Shown piece after piece: positions 14,342 to 26,642 of a DNA stretch of 64,000 nt (the stretch's first letter is position 1; the number at the start of each line of letters is the position of its first letter). Origin of the DNA: an uncultured Acidimicrobiaceae bacterium (GTDB taxonomy: Bacteria > Actinomycetota > Acidimicrobiia > Acidimicrobiales > Bog-793); the NCBI GenBank assembly GCA_963779425.1, contig CAVZYD010000003.1, positions 65,519-129,518 on the forward strand, given 5' to 3'. The notes beneath the pieces are model-generated. The model was not told the DNA's origin and did no database searches. It was given only the letters and a program-made list of their open reading frames with translations. Both the position numbers and the translations under genes were made by a program.

Positions 14342-16439
14342 TCACCCGACCTCCTTGAGCTCGCGGCGCAAGGAACGGATCTCGTCACGCAAGGCGCGCC
14401 GCGTACTCGAAGCGAAGCTCCGCCGCCGCGGCTTGCATCTCGCGCTCGAGCGTGGCGATCAACCTGCCGATCTCGTCGGTCGGGAGCTCGTCGCTGCCCG
14501 GCGTGGCCGCCAACCGATATCTCGAGCAGCTCGGTGGCCCGCTCGACCGCCCGGCGCCCGGCCCGGCGGGAGCGGTCCGACCCGGCCCGGCTGGGCAGCG
14601 GGGCTCCGGCGCCGAACCCGTCGCCTCCCGAGCCCGCAGCGCTGCGGAACTGGGCGACGAGGTCGGTGACGGCCTTCCGGATCGTCTGCGGGTCGATCCC
14701 GTGCTGGCGGTTGTACTCCTGTTGGACGAGGCGCCGGCGCTCGGTCTCGGCGATGGCGCCGCGCATCGAGTCCGTGATCACATCCGCGTACAGGATGACC
14801 CGGCCCGAGACGTTCCGGGCGGCCCGTCCCATCGTCTGGATGAGTGAGGTCTTGGAGCGGAGGAAGCCCTCCTTGTCGGCGTCGAGGATCGCCACCAAGG
14901 AGCACCTCGGGCAGGTCGAGGCCCTCGCGGAGAAGGTTGATGCCGACCAGGACGTCGAACTCGCCGAGGCGCAGGTCCCGGACGATCTCGATCCGCTCGA
15001 TGGTGTCGATGTTGGAGTGCAGGTAGCGGACCTTGAGGCCGGTCTCGAGCAGGTAGTCGGCCAGGTCCTCGGCCATCTTCTTGGTGAGCGTCGTGACAAG
15101 GACGCGCTCGCCCCGGGCGATGGTGGCGTTGATCTCCGTGATCAGGTCGTCGATCTGTCCCTTGGTCGGCTTGATGACGACCTCCGGGTCGACGAGGCCC
15201 GGTCGGCCGCACGATCTGCTCGACCACCTGGCTCGAGACCGAGATCTCGTAGTCCGACGGCGTCGCCGAGAGGAAGATGCACTGGTTGATGCGCTCTTCG
15301 AGCTCTTCGAAGCGAAGCGGCCGGTTGTCCTTGGCCGAAGGCAGGCGGAAGCCGTGCTCGACGAGGACGTCCTTGCGCGACCGGTCCCCGGCGAACTGGC
15401 CGTGGAGCTGGGGCACCGTCACGTGGCTCTCGTCGATGACGAGCAGCCAGTCGTCGGGGAAGTAGTCGAGCAAGGTGTAGGGAGCCTGTCCCGGAGCACG
15501 CCCGTCCAGGTGACGGCTGTAGTTCTCGACACCGTTGCAGCTTCCGAGCTCGGCGAGCATCTCGAGATCGTGCTCGGTGCGCATCCGCAGTCGTTGCGCT
15601 TCGAGCAGCTTGCCCGCCTGTTCGAGCTCGCGAAGGCGCTCGCCCAGCTCGACCTCGATCGAGGCGATGGCGTTGCGGGTGCGCTCGTCCCCGGCCACGT
15701 AGTGGGTGGCGGGGAAGACGATCAGCTCCTCGAGGTCGCCGAGAATCTCGCCCGTGAGGACGTCGAAGCGGCTCAGCCGCTCGACTTCATCGCCGAACAG
15801 CTCGATGCGCACGGCGTACTCCTCGTAGGCGGGATGGACCTCGATGGTGTCGCCCCGCACGCGGAACTTGCCCCGCACGAGGTTGGCGTCGTTGCGCTCG
15901 TAGTGCATCGCGACAAGGCGCGAGAGCAGCGACCGTTGGTCGTGGGTCTCCCCGGGCGAGAGCACGAGGATCTGGCCCCGGTACTCCTCGGGCGAGCCGA
16001 GGCCGTATATGCACGAGACAGACGCCACGACGATCACGTCTCTCCGCGTGAGCAGGCTGGCCGTGGTCGAGTGCCGCAGCCGGTCGATCTCGTCGTTTAT
16101 GGACGAGTCCTTCTCGATGTAGGTGTCCGAGGAGGGAAGGTAGGCCTCGGGCTGGTAGTAGTCGTAATAGGAGACGAAGTACTCGACCCGGTTGTCCGGG
16201 AAAAAGCCACGCAGCTCGCCCGCCAGCTGGGCTGCCAGCGACTTGTTGGGGGCGAGCACCAAGGTGGGCCGCTGCACGTTCTCGATCGTCCAGGCGATCG
16301 TCGCGCTCTTGCCGCTCCCGGTGATCCCGAGCAGGGTCTGGAAACGGTCTCCCCGCTCGACGCCGCGCGAGAGCGCCTCTATGGCCGCCGGCTGGGCACC
16401 GGCCGGTTGGAAGTCGGAAACGACCCGGAATGGGGGCAC
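14342..16439 (-). CDS. uvrB: excinuclease ABC subunit B (at least 3-4 frame breaks in the 3' third)
   Basis: [18 protein letters not shown]...[13 protein letters not shown]...VIDESHVT (ORF 14778..16439). Then [43 protein letters not shown] (14459..15076). Then [25 protein letters not shown] (14305..15099). The UVR-like tail ends at stop 14342-14344. Confidence 0.95.
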
Positions 16440-16462
16440 TTCGGCATGGTACCGAGAGGGTG

Positions 16463-16496
16463 CGCGCTGGCGAGCGGGCAGGTCCCCCGCCAGCGC
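16463..16496 (-). terminator. perfect 9 bp stem-loop between the SIMPL gene end and the uvrB start
   Basis: GCGCTGGCG (16463-16471), a 16 nt loop, then CGCCAGCGC (16488-16496). No clear U-tract, so function as a terminator or regulatory hairpin is uncertain. Confidence 0.3.
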
Positions 16497-16514
16497 CCGG
16501 CCAGGGAAGATGGC

Positions 16515-17162
16515 TCAGGCGTCGGCCGGAGCCACCTCGAACACAGCCGAGACCGTCACCGCCACGCTCAGCTCGCCCAGCTGCACGGGAGGCGGAGACA
16601 ACGTGGCGGCTCTGGCCGCGGACGCGAACAGCCGGGGCGAAGGACCTGGCCGCTGCCCGCCGCCCTCAGCGAGCTCGACGAGGGGACCGAGCACGAGGCC
16701 GGCTGCGCTGGCGAGCTCGCGGGCGGCGTCCATGGCGCCCGTGACGGCGTCGCGGCGCGCGAGAGAGGTCAACGGGCCCCGGTCGTCGATCTCGAAGCTG
16801 ACGTTGTGGATCCCGATCCCGGTCCCGGCCGCATCCACCGCGGCTGCGACGACCCGGCCCGCCTCCTCCGGAGGCCGCACCGTCGCCACGAGGTTGCTCG
16901 AGGCCCGGTAGTGCTGCTCAAAATCCTGCCCATCTCGCCTTTGCTGCTGGCTCAGCTCGATCGAGGTCGTCTCGAGATCGGACGGGGCGACACCGGCCTG
17001 GCGCAGGGCGGACAGGACCCGCTGGGTGAGCAGGCTGCAATCGGTGAGGGCGTCGCCCGGTGCCGGGTCCTCGGCGAAGGTGAAAAGGCGGATCCTGGCG
17101 ACGTCGGGGGGAGCCGAAGCGACGCCCGTCGCCTCGACTTTGATGCTGGCTCGCTCGCTCAT
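16515..17162 (-). CDS. SIMPL (DUF541) domain protein
   Basis: Intact 215 aa ORF. Its overall pattern (IKVEATGVASAPPDVARI...NLVATVRPPEEAGRVVAAAVDAG...VSFEIDD...ARRDAVTGAMDAARELASAAG) resembles SIMPL / 26 kDa periplasmic immunogenic protein family members. Confidence 0.55.
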   Translation of the reverse strand: MSERASIKVEATGVASAPPDVARIRLFTFAEDPAPGDALTDCSLLTQRVLSALRQAGVAPSDLETTSIELSQQQRRDGQDFEQHYRASSNLVATVRPPEEAGRVVAAAVDAAGTGIGIHNVSFEIDDRGPLTSLARRDAVTGAMDAARELASAAGLVLGPLVELAEGGGQRPGPSPRLFASAARAATLSPPPVQLGELSVAVTVSAVFEVAPADA

Positions 17163-17198
17163 AGCCGAACAGTACGCGCAACACGGTGCAAAGCCGGC

Positions 17199-17825
17199 TC
17201 ACGAGCCGGAGGCGCCGTCTTGGTCCCGGAGGTGCGCCATCCAGGAAAAGGCGCGACTTGCCATCTCCTCGAGCTCGTCAAGGGTGCCCATGTTCATGAT
17301 CACGAAGTCCGCCCCAGCGATCCGCTCGGACCGGCCGGCTTGGTTGGCGATGCGTGCCTCGGCGTCGGCACGCGCCATGTGGCGCAGGTTGACAAGACGT
17401 TCCAGCACGACGTCTAGGGGCGCATCGACAACGAGCACTCCGGAAAGGCCGTATTGGTCGATGCCGCCTGCCTCGAACAACAACGGGATGTCGAGCACGA
17501 CGAGGTGATCGCCGGAGGCTTTCGCGGCGAGCCGGGTAGCGATCTCGTCTCGCACCGCGGGGTGCACGATCGCCTCGAGCTCCGCCAGAGCCACGGGGTC
17601 GTCGAAGACGATCTTGGCGAGAGCCTGGCGATTGAGGCTCCCGTCCGGCGCCACCACCTCGTCTCCGAAACGCTCCACGACTTTCGCATGAGCCGGCCAG
17701 CCTGGCTCGACCACCTCTCGAGCCACCTCGTCGGCGTCGATCAACAAGGCCCCCCGCGCGACGAGCATCGAGGCGACGGTCGACTTGCCCGATCCGATCC
17801 CGCCCGTCAGCCCGACGACGATCAT
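17199..17825 (-). CDS. coaE: dephospho-CoA kinase
   Basis: Intact ORF. MIVVGLTGGIGSGKSTVASML...LIDADEVAREVV...VHPAVRDEI...VLDIPLLFE. Confidence 0.9.
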   Translation of the reverse strand: MIVVGLTGGIGSGKSTVASMLVARGALLIDADEVAREVVEPGWPAHAKVVERFGDEVVAPDGSLNRQALAKIVFDDPVALAELEAIVHPAVRDEIATRLAAKASGDHLVVLDIPLLFEAGGIDQYGLSGVLVVDAPLDVVLERLVNLRHMARADAEARIANQAGRSERIAGADFVIMNMGTLDELEEMASRAFSWMAHLRDQDGASGS

Positions 17826-17897
17826 GTCGCAGCCCTGGTCCGCAAAGGATGATCGGCTGGCGCATCGAGGGTCTGGAACGCCTCGGCGGGCCGCGAC

Positions 17898-20800
17898 ATG
17901 GGCGCCTACACTAACCGGGCCGTGGCTCGAACGAGCAGGACCCGCCTTTTTTGGCCGCGCGTCCTCGAGAAGGTTCTGCTCGCCGCCGTCGCCTACATCC
18001 CGCTCGTGCTGACCGAGCCGGGGACCCTCGCCGACGACACCAAGCTCTACCTCTACCTAGACCCCGGCCGGCTCTTGAGCTCGGCGCTTTCGATGTGGGA
18101 CCCGTCTGTCGCGGGCGGTACCGTCACTCACCAAAACATCGGCTACCTGTTCCCCCAAGGGCCTTTCTACTGGTTGTTCGCCGAGCTCGGCGTTCCCACG
18201 TGGGTGGCACAACGACTCTGGATGGGCACGGTGCTCTTCGCGGCAGGTACCGGAGTGTGTTACCTGTCGAGGACACTTCGCATGATCGGCCCGGGCGTGG
18301 TCGTGGCGGGACTGGCTTACGAGCTCAGCCCTTACTTCCTCCAGTACATCCAGCAGACCTCGGCGATTCTACTCCCCTGGGCGGGCCTCGGATGGCTCGT
18401 CGCCTTCGCGGTGCTCGCCGCCAGAGAGGGCCGTTGGCGCTATCCCGCCCTCTTCGGGCTCATCGTAGCCTTGGTCGGGGCTACGAACGCCACCTCTTTG
18501 ATCTACGCGGGAATTGCCCCGGTGGCGTGGCTCTTGTACGCCGTGGCCGTCCTGCACGAGGTGCCGGCGCGTCGCGCCTTTGGTGCCGCGGTGAAGATGG
18601 GCCTGTTCTCGCTCGGGGTCTCGGTCTTTTGGATCGTAGGGCTGCGCATCGAAGGCGCCTACGGCCTGGCCATCCTCAAGTACACCGAGACCCTCCCCGC
18701 CATTGCCGGGACCTCGCTCGCCTCAGAGGTGGAGCGCGGGCTCGGCTACTGGTACTTCTACGGCAGCGACCGGCTCGGGCCGTGGAAACAAGCAGCCATA
18801 AAGCTCGAGGAGACCGCCTGGCTGTTGGCGACGAGCTTCGCGCTGCCGGCTCTCGGCGTCGCTGGTGCCCTCGTCTCGCGGTGGCGTGCCAAGGCCTTCT
18901 TCGTCCTGCTCGTCTTCCTCGGCGTCGTGCTCGCCGTCGGCCTTCACCCCTTCTCGGACCCGTCAACGGTCGGACGCTTGCTGAAGGCGTTCATGTCCGG
19001 TTCCTCGCTCGGCCTCGCCCTGCGTTCGAGTGACCGCGCCACTCCGCTCGTCGTGCTCGGTCTCGCCATGCTGTTGGGCAGCGGTGCCACCGCCTTTTGG
19101 TCCCGCTTCCCCCGCCTCGGGCTCGGCACCGCCTTCGCGTTGGTGGCGTTGGTCGTGGCCAACAGCGCCCCGTTCCTCGAAGGGGGTGCTCTGGCGGACA
19201 ACTTCCAGTACCCCGAGAAGATCCCCGCCTACTACACCCAGGCGGCTCGTTACCTCGACGCCCAAGGCAACTCGACCCGGGTGCTCATCGAGCCGGGGCA
19301 GAACTTTGCCGCCTATGACTGGGGCACCACCTTCGACACGATCTGGCCCGGGATCATGACCCGGCCGGAGATCCTCCGTGAGCAGACGATCCAAGGCTCC
19401 TACCCGACGACCGACCTCCTCCAGGCCTTCGACCTGACGCTGCAGCAAGGTACCTACGAGCCTTCCACGCTCGCCCCCATCGCCCGGCTCTTGAGCGCCG
19501 GCGACGTCGTGTTGCAGTCGAACCTCGCCTACTGGCGCTACAACACCCCCCGTCCCCAGGAGACCTGGTCACTGTTCGACCCGCCCCCGCCGGGGATCGG
19601 CCAGCCGGTCGAGTTCGGCAAGCCGGTCCCGGTCGTCGCGCCCACAAAGGACAGCCTCACCGACGAGGAGGCGCTGGCGGAGCCACCCGGGGCGGCGTGG
19701 CCCCCGCCGCTCGCCGTGTTCCCAGTCTCCGACGCCCGCCCCATCTACAGGGCCGAGCGGGCTGCCGCGCCGTTGGTGATCGACGGCAGCGGTGCCGGAG
19801 TCGTCGCGGCTGCTGCTGCCGGCCTCCTAGACGACAACCCGACCATCTTCTATGCCGGGTCACTCGACCACAACGCCAAGCTCGCCCATGAGGTCGTCAC
19901 CCCGGCGGCCCAGCTCGTCCTCACCGACTCGGACCCCAAGGTGCTCGAGCGCTGGTCGTCGGTGAGCGACAACATCGGCGAGACCCTCCCGGCCGCGCCG
20001 GGCCCGACCACGGCCGACCCGACGGCCGTCGCCTTGCCGCTGTTCGCCCATGTCGTCCCGGACGAACAGAGCATCGCCGTGTACACCGAGGCCCATTACG
20101 TGTCGGCTTCGGCCTACGGCAACCCGGTCAGCTTCACTGCCCGAGGACCGGCCGGCGGCGGCCTTCGACGGCAACCTCGATACGGCCTGGAGCGTCGCCG
20201 CCTTCTCCGACGCCAGGGGCAACTGGATCCAGGTCCGCCTCGATCATCCCGTGACCACGGACCACATCAACCTCGTGCAGGTGCTGGGCTCTACCGTGAA
20301 CCGGTGGATCACCCGGGTGAGCGTCGCCTTCGACGGCGAAAAGGCGATCTCGAAGAGCCTCGGCCCGCCGTCACGGACAGCCCCGGGCCAGACGATCCGC
20401 TTTTCCAGGCGTTCGTTCACGACGCTGCGGATCACGATCGACGGCACCACGTGGTCTGGCCGTCAGTCGATGCTGGGTGCCTCCGGGGTCGGCTTCTCCG
20501 AGGTCCGCATCCCCGGCGTGAGCGTCACCGAGACGATTCAGATGCCCTCGGACCTGTTGCGGTCGCTCGGGAAGTCCTCGCTCTCGCACCGCCTCACGAT
20601 CGTGATGACCCGCGACCGCGTCGGCCCCACACCTCCCCGCTCGGACCCCGAGCTCGCCCTTGAGCGGAGCTTTTGGCTGCCGACCGCCCGCTCGTTCTCG
20701 CTCAGCGGGACCGCACGCGTCTCGGCCCTCATCCCCGACAATGTCATCGACACCCTCCTCGGGGGCCCGGACGTGTTCGGCGGTGCGGTGATCGGGTCGA

Positions 20801-22418
20801 ACGAGAGGCTCCCTGGCGACTTGAACGCACGGGCCGTGTTCGCCTTCGACGGCGACACGGCCACCTTCTGGAGCCCCGGCTTTGACGCTCAGGCACAAAC
20901 GAGCGCCTGGATACAGGCGTCTCTCACCCACAACGTGAGCTTCGATCACCTGAACCTCGAACTCGTCGCCGATGGGCGCCACTCGGTACCAACAGAGATC
21001 CGTATCACGACCAACACGGGCGGTGACGAGCTCGTCAGGTTGCCGGCGGTGCGCGACCGCTCGGCCGCCAATGCGGTCGTGAGCGTCCCGGTCAGCTTTC
21101 CCAAGCTCACGGGGAGCACGATCCGCTTCACGGATCGAAGCCGTGCGCCAGGTCACCACGATCAACTGGTACACGCAAAAGCCGATCGTCATGCCGGTCG
21201 GCATCGCCGAGATCGGTCTTTCCGGCGTGCGCTTGTCGCCCGAGTCGACCCGGGCGCAAATCCCCGCGCTTTGCACCTCGAAGCTGTTGAAGATCGACGG
21301 CCGGCCCGTCTGGCTGAAGATCTCGGGGACCATCGGAGATGCTGAGAAGCTGCAGGGCTTGACCGTCTCAGGATGCGGGCCGGACGCCAAGGGGATCACC
21401 CTCGGCGCCGGCACCCACAGCCTCGAGGCGACATGGGGAAAGCTCACCGGTTGGGACCTCGACCGGCTCGTGCTCGACTCGGCCCCGAAAGGCTCCGCCC
21501 TTGCCCCGCGCACCGACGGCAGCGCGCTGGCCGCACCGGGGACCATCGGCCTGCCTCGGCCCGCGGCGCCAAGCGTCCGCGTCCTCTCGTCTTCGGCCAG
21601 CTCCGCCACCGTCTTGGTGAGCCATGCCAAAGGCCCTTTCTGGCTCGTACTCGGAGAGAGCCTGAACGTCGGCTGGGAGGCGACCGGGCCTGGCGGCCGC
21701 TCCCTCGGCGCGCCGCAGCTGATCGACGGCTACGCCAACGGCTGGTACGTCTCGGCGCCTTTGCAAGGCAGTTTTCTCGTGACGCTCTGCTTCTCGCCCC
21801 AGAGCATCGTCGGCCCGGCCATCTTCGTCTCGGGTGCGAGTCTCGTGCTCTGCCTGCTCGTCGGCTTCGTCCCGGCGGCGCCCATCCGCCGACGCCTGCG
21901 GCGCCGCGGAGCCCACGCGGCCGAGACGGCCGCGAAGGCGCCGCTTCGGTCACGAAGGCAAGCCGGTCGACCGGAGAGCTCTGACGCCGGGACCGTCCCA
22001 GACGAGATTCCGGTGCTCGCCGTAGCTCTTGGCGATGAGGGACGCTCCCTCGGACTACTCGCCTGCCTCCTCGTCGCCGCGGCCTGCGGCACGGTTGCGA
22101 CAGGAGTGCTGCCACCGCCCGCGGCACCTTTTGTCGGCGCCATGATCGCCCTCATGGCCCTAGCCGGGCTGCTGTGGTCGCCGGCGCGCTCTGCTCTACG
22201 CCTGTCGGCGCTCGGCTGCATGATTGCGGCGGGCGGGCTGACAGTTCTCGGCGAGGTCAGGCACCATTATGCGGCCGGGAAGCGCCTGGCCGCACAACTT
22301 CGAGCTCGCCGGGGTGCTCGCCTTTGTCGCAGTCGTCGCTCTCGCGGCCGACACCGCCGTGGAGCTCGCCCGCCAGCGCCGCCGACAACGTCAAGCAAAG
22401 GGAAGCATGAACAACTGA
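17898..22418 (+). CDS. AftD-like GT-C family alpha-(1->3)-arabinofuranosyltransferase-domain membrane protein with discoidin (F5/8 type C)-like domains (about 1500 aa; 3 frame breaks near 20150, 21140, 22285)
   Basis: N-terminus LTEPGTLADDTKLYLYLDPGRLLSSALSMWDPSVAGGTVTHQNIGYLFPQGPFYW followed by many TM helices (ORF 17898..20663). Then FDGNLDTAWSVAAFSDARGNWIQVRLDHPVTTDHINL...FDGDTATFWSPG (20050..21345). C-terminal TM helices lie in 21143..22852. The true end AWPHNFELAGVLAFVAVVALAADTAVELARQRRRQRQAKGSMNN, with stop at 22416-22418, is in a third frame. Confidence 0.7.
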
Positions 22419-22494
22419 CGGGCCGTGACCCGAGGCGGCTTGCCGGCGAGGCCTCAAGGTCCGCGAAGCGGTGCAAGAGTGCCCTGAGGATCGC

Positions 22495-23666
22495 TCAAGA
22501 ACGCCCCGCCTTGTGGCAGGCGTCGCTCACGAGGGCCGCCAGGGTGCCTCGCGCGGTGGCCTCCCAGGTAAGGGGGGTGACCCGCTCCGAAGCCGCCCGA
22601 CCGAGGCGTCGCCGGAGCAACGGGTCGCCGAGGACGGCTTCGAGCTTGAGCTCGAAGTCCTCGTCCGAGTCGGCCAGCATGCCCGTGATGCCGTCGTCGA
22701 TGGCGTCGACATGGCCCGGGATCCGGGTCGCGACCGCCGGCGTCGCACAGGCGGCTGCCTCGCTCACGGTCAGTCCCCAGCCTTCTCGCGATCGAGGTCG
22801 AGGCGACCACCCAGGCCCGGCGGTAAAGCTCGACGAGCTCGTTCGGCGCTGAGCCGGCCCGGCAGAGACACATAGCTCTCCGCGCCGAGGTCGTGCAGCA
22901 TCGCCTCAAGGCTGGAGCGCTCCCTCCCTTCACCGACGATGACCGTCTCGAGCGCGGGGATCTTGTCGTGTACCCGCGCCAGGATCGCGATCAGCCTCGG
23001 GAAGTTCTTGACGGGCACGAGGCGGCCGACGGCGACGACGAGCGGTCGCGTCGGCCCGCTGACCGCCCGGGGAGTAGCGCGGGTCGATCCCCGGGGGCAC
23101 GACGCTGACACGGCTCGCCCGTAGACCCGGGCAGGGCGACGATCTCGCGCCGGGACGACTCGGAGAGGGTCACGATCCGTGAGCTGCCGGTAAAGCGGCG
23201 GCGCCACGACGCGACTCGAGTGACCTCCCTGCCTCGGCCAGCGGCGACGGCAGCGTCATCGACCACATCTCGCCGTGCACGTGGTGCATGAACACGACCC
23301 TGGGCAACCGCGACCAGAGCGGGCTCAAAAAAGGCATGCCGTTCCAGATCTCGACCAGGCCGTCGAGGGGGCCGAGACGCCCGCTGACGATGTCCTTCGG
23401 TCCGGTGGCGAACACGCCGTAGCGGCCCGAGCGGCGCACGACCCGGTAGCCGTCCCGCTCGACGAGCACTGCCCTGCCAGCCACCGACGAAGTCCGCAAG
23501 ACCACGTCGATGCCCGCCTGCGGCCCAGCGCGTTGCCACCTCGTGGGCGTGCAGCTCGGACCCGCCCGCCTCCGCGTCGTCCAGGTCCCGCCAGGCGAGG
23601 ATGGCCAGCCTGTGCAGGCCGGCCCGGTGAGCAAGCTCGGCAAGCTCCTGCCACCGCCGGGTTCAT
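22495..23666 (-). CDS. GT4-family (GT-B fold) glycosyltransferase (at least 5 frame breaks)
   Basis: HRLAILAWRDLDDAEAGGSELHAHEVATRWA, GIDVVLRTSSVAGR...DGYRVVRRSGRYGVF...EIWNGMPF..VVFMHHVHGEMW, LVVAVGRLVPVKNFPRLI...LETVIVGEGRERSSLE, ELVELYRRAWVVASTSIAEGWGLTVSEAAACATPAVATRIPGHVDAI (E-x7-E region). Segments are spread over all three minus frames. Confidence 0.65.
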
Positions 23667-23771
23667 GGCCCGGGTCGTCTCCCAAGGCGGCTTCGGAGAG
23701 ACCGCCGTTTCCGGCTCCGAGCCGAGGTCCAGTCGCTTCGGCGGGGTGGTGCGGATCTCATCGAAGACCGC

Positions 23772-25396
23772 TCAGGATCCGACCGGCGTGGGATGTGACC
23801 GGCCCGTTCCTTGAGTGCCCCTCGCCGAGGCATTCGGCTGGCTTCCCACCTGCTGTTCGTGGTAGTCGGCTTCGACGTTCACGTCCCAGGTGTTGAAGGG
23901 CCTCGCCATAGAGGCTCTCGACGGTGAGCATCGCCGTCAGCATCGAGTGGTCCTGGTTGTTGTAGCGGTGCATGCCGTTTCGCCCGACGGGATGGACGTT
24001 CGGGCACCTCGGCTTCGAGCCAGTCGCGGATCGCCTGCAGCTTCTCGCCGTAGCCCTCGTCGTAGACCGGGTAGGCCTTCTCCACCCTCACGACATAGCC
24101 CCTCTCGACGTCGCCCGGCCTGCACGAGGCCGAGAGTCACGAGCTCCTTTGTCCCGAGGGCGACCAGGTCCTCGTCCGCCGTCGACCAGAGCTCGTCGCC
24201 CTCGAAGACGAAATACTCGAGCCCGAGACAGGTCCGGCCCTGCTTTACGAGGTCGCGGGACCACGAGCCGAAGTTCTGCACGCGTCCCGACCCGGACCTT
24301 GTCGGAATGCACGTAGATCCAATTGTCGGGAAAGCCGCGCTCGGCGGGCAGGACGAGAGCAACGGTGAGGAAGTCCCGGTAGCGCAGAGCACGGGCGGCT
24401 TCGAGGACGTGCTCGGGAGCGTGGCGGGTCCATCGCCTGGACTAGGTCCGGAAAGGGGCATCGAGGAGATCAGGTGGTCGAAGGGCCATGTCGTGACGTC
24501 GCCCACCTCTCCCGCAGCGGCGCCAGATCGCTCGGGGGAAAGCACTGAGCGGGTCACGGCTTGCAGGCGCGCGCCCATCGCTTCGTCGGATCCGCTCGAG
24601 CCTGGTGCCGAACAGGACCTTGGAACCCTGGGCCTCCACGAGCTCGCGGGCCCGCTCCCACATCATCCCCGGGCCGAGGCGCGGGTAGTGGAACTCGTCG
24701 ATCAGCGATGTGACCCGGGTCTCTCGCTTGTTGGGAGCCAGTGCGTTCCTGATCGCCTTTCCCAAAGTGAGGCTCTTGATCCGCTGCGCCGCCCAGTCCG
24801 CCTTGATGGCGCTCGCCGGCATGCCCCAGATCTTCTCGGTGTAGGTCTTGAAGAATTTCCGGTACAGGCGCCATCCGAACGCCCGCGCCGTCCAGCCCTC
24901 GAAGGTGTCGAGGTCCTTCGGCGGGTGCACGCGCACGCACAGGAACGACAGGCCGCAGCGTGCCGACTCGACAAGGCCCAGACCACGCAGGGCATTTCCG
25001 AGCCGGATCGGGTAGTCGTAGTAGGTGCCCTCGTAGTAGATCCGGCTCAGCCTGACGCCGGAGGAGGAAGTCCTCCGGGCCGAGGATCTCCCGCCAGACG
25101 GCTTCGACCTCGGGCACCTTGGTGAAAAAGCGGTGCCCCCCGATGTCGAACCTCCATCCCTCCCGCTCAACGGTGCGGGCAAGACCGCCGACGACCGTGT
25201 CCATCTCCAACACCGTGCAGGTGGCACCACGCTTGGCGAGCTCGTAGGCGGCTGTGAGCCCCGCCGGGCCGGCGCCGACGACGACGACCGTGCCCGGCCC
25301 GCCCCCGTCCGGCTCGGGGCCTTGTTGCTCGGCGTCCTTCTCCCCTTCTCCGACAAGGCCGCGGGTCTCCGGTCTCGGGTCGTTCACCGCCGCCAT
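23772..25396 (-). CDS. NAD(P)/FAD-dependent oxidoreductase (amine-oxidase / UDP-galactopyranose-mutase-like fold; at least 4 frame breaks)
   Basis: VVVVGAGPAGLTAAYELAKRGATCTVLEMDTVVGGLARTVEREGWRFDIGGHRFF, RLSRIYYEGTYYDYPI, FFKTYTEKIWGMP, IDEFHYPRLGPGMMWE, RVQNFGSWSRDLV...LGLEYFVFEGDELW, VEKAYPVYDEGY, GRNGMHRYNNQDHSM. Confidence 0.6.
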
Positions 25397-25476
25397 CGTG
25401 GCATCATCGCACGAGGGACCGCTCGAGCCTTCGAAAGGCGCCGAGCCGAGCTTGAGTGTTGCCTCCCGGTGGCGCC

Positions 25477-26642
25477 TTAGGGCACATAGATCCCGAGAAA
25501 GGCCAACATGGCGAGGGTGACGAGCAGCACGCCGCAGAGCCCGAGCAGCGATCCGGTAGGTGCTGCGCTCTTTTCGTGAGCATGGCGCCGGCGACGACAA
25601 AGGGAAAGCATCCGAGCCCGTAGCGCTCGAGCGAGGAGAGGTTCGACGCCGTCAGCACCACGGCGAGGAACGCCACCGCGTACCAGCCGTAGGCGGCGGG
25701 GAGGCTTTTATAGGACATACAGCGCCAGCAGCACGAACAAGACCGCCCACAACCCATGCTCGGCGACGCCGAGATGGCTGCCGTGGACCAGGTCGCTGAA
25801 TATCGTGGGCGACGGTGAGGAGCGGGTCGGTGAGCGCTCCTCGGTGCGAAACCTCGAGCTGCTCGCGCAAGCGGGAGCCAGAAGCTCCCGAAGATCTCCT
25901 GCACCCAGACGAGATAGGCCGCCGTGCCGAGCGGGGCCGCCAGCACCGTGCCCGGCGGCCTTCACTCGTTCTCGGCCCGAGAGAGCGAACCAGTTCGCTC
26001 CGAGCTCGACGGCGGCCGGGATCGCCAAGAGCACGCCGACGGGCCGGCACAGCCCGGCGAGAAAGGCGGCGCACGATCGCCAGGGCGTAACGGCGCTGGC
26101 GGAAGCCCAGGAAAGCGGCGAGCGAGGTCGAGGAGCAACAAGGAGTCGGCGTAGCCCATGACGAGCACGAAGGCGGGCGGAGCGAGGGCGAGCAGCCACA
26201 CGGCCCGGCGGGCGCACGCCTCGTCCCCGAGCTCGAAGACGACGAGGCGGTAGAGCACGACGAAAGCGCCGAAGGCGGCGAGCGTTGGCGACGAAGACGA
26301 CGGACATGCCGGCCGTCATCCCGGGCAAGGCCCGAAGTGACCTCGCCAGTACGGGCAGCAGCGGGAAAAAGCGCAGCGCCCCGGTTCCAAGGCCGGCGTA
26401 GCCGTGGGCGGCGATCCTCTCGTACCAGCTCGCGTCCCAGCTGAGCAGGCCTGCGTGGCTGGCGTGCCGGGCGGCTGCGCCGAGGTTGCAACTCGCTTGT
26501 GGCAATGCGGCGCCCCTAAGAGGGCGAGCAGCACGAGAGCCCTCGAGACGAGGAACGGGGCCGCAGAGGCGCGAAGAGCCGGGACGGCGAGCGCCCATTG
26601 GGTCCTCGCGCCGTGCGTGGCGCCGACCGTGCTCACGCTCAC
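25477..26642 (-). CDS. integral-membrane GT-C glycosyltransferase, PIG-V / mannosyltransferase-like (at least 3 frame breaks)
   Basis: The SWDASWYERIAAHGY motif sits after the first TM helix. About 8-10 hydrophobic segments are spread over ORFs 26316..26642, 25708..26598 and 25404..25946. My reconstructed end is ...LLGLCGVLLVTLAMLAFLGIYVP, with TAA at 25477-25479. The start overlaps the upstream gene's stop. Confidence 0.5.

Noticed and set aside
15081-17417. Very long plus-strand ORF (778 aa). Similar long ORFs are 35612..37714 (+, 700 aa), 51967..54150 (-, 727 aa), 55404..56975 (-, 523 aa), 59353..60771 (+, 472 aa), 4883..6229 (+, 448 aa) and 12318..13487 (+, 389 aa).
   Set aside because: Each lies antisense or out of frame to a confidently recognised gene (uvrB/SIMPL, ECF ATPases, fab operon, fabF, pheT, rapZ, uvrA). 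They are Arg/Gly/Pro/Asp-rich with no recognisable motifs. This is the expected stop-codon-poor shadow ORF of high-GC DNA.
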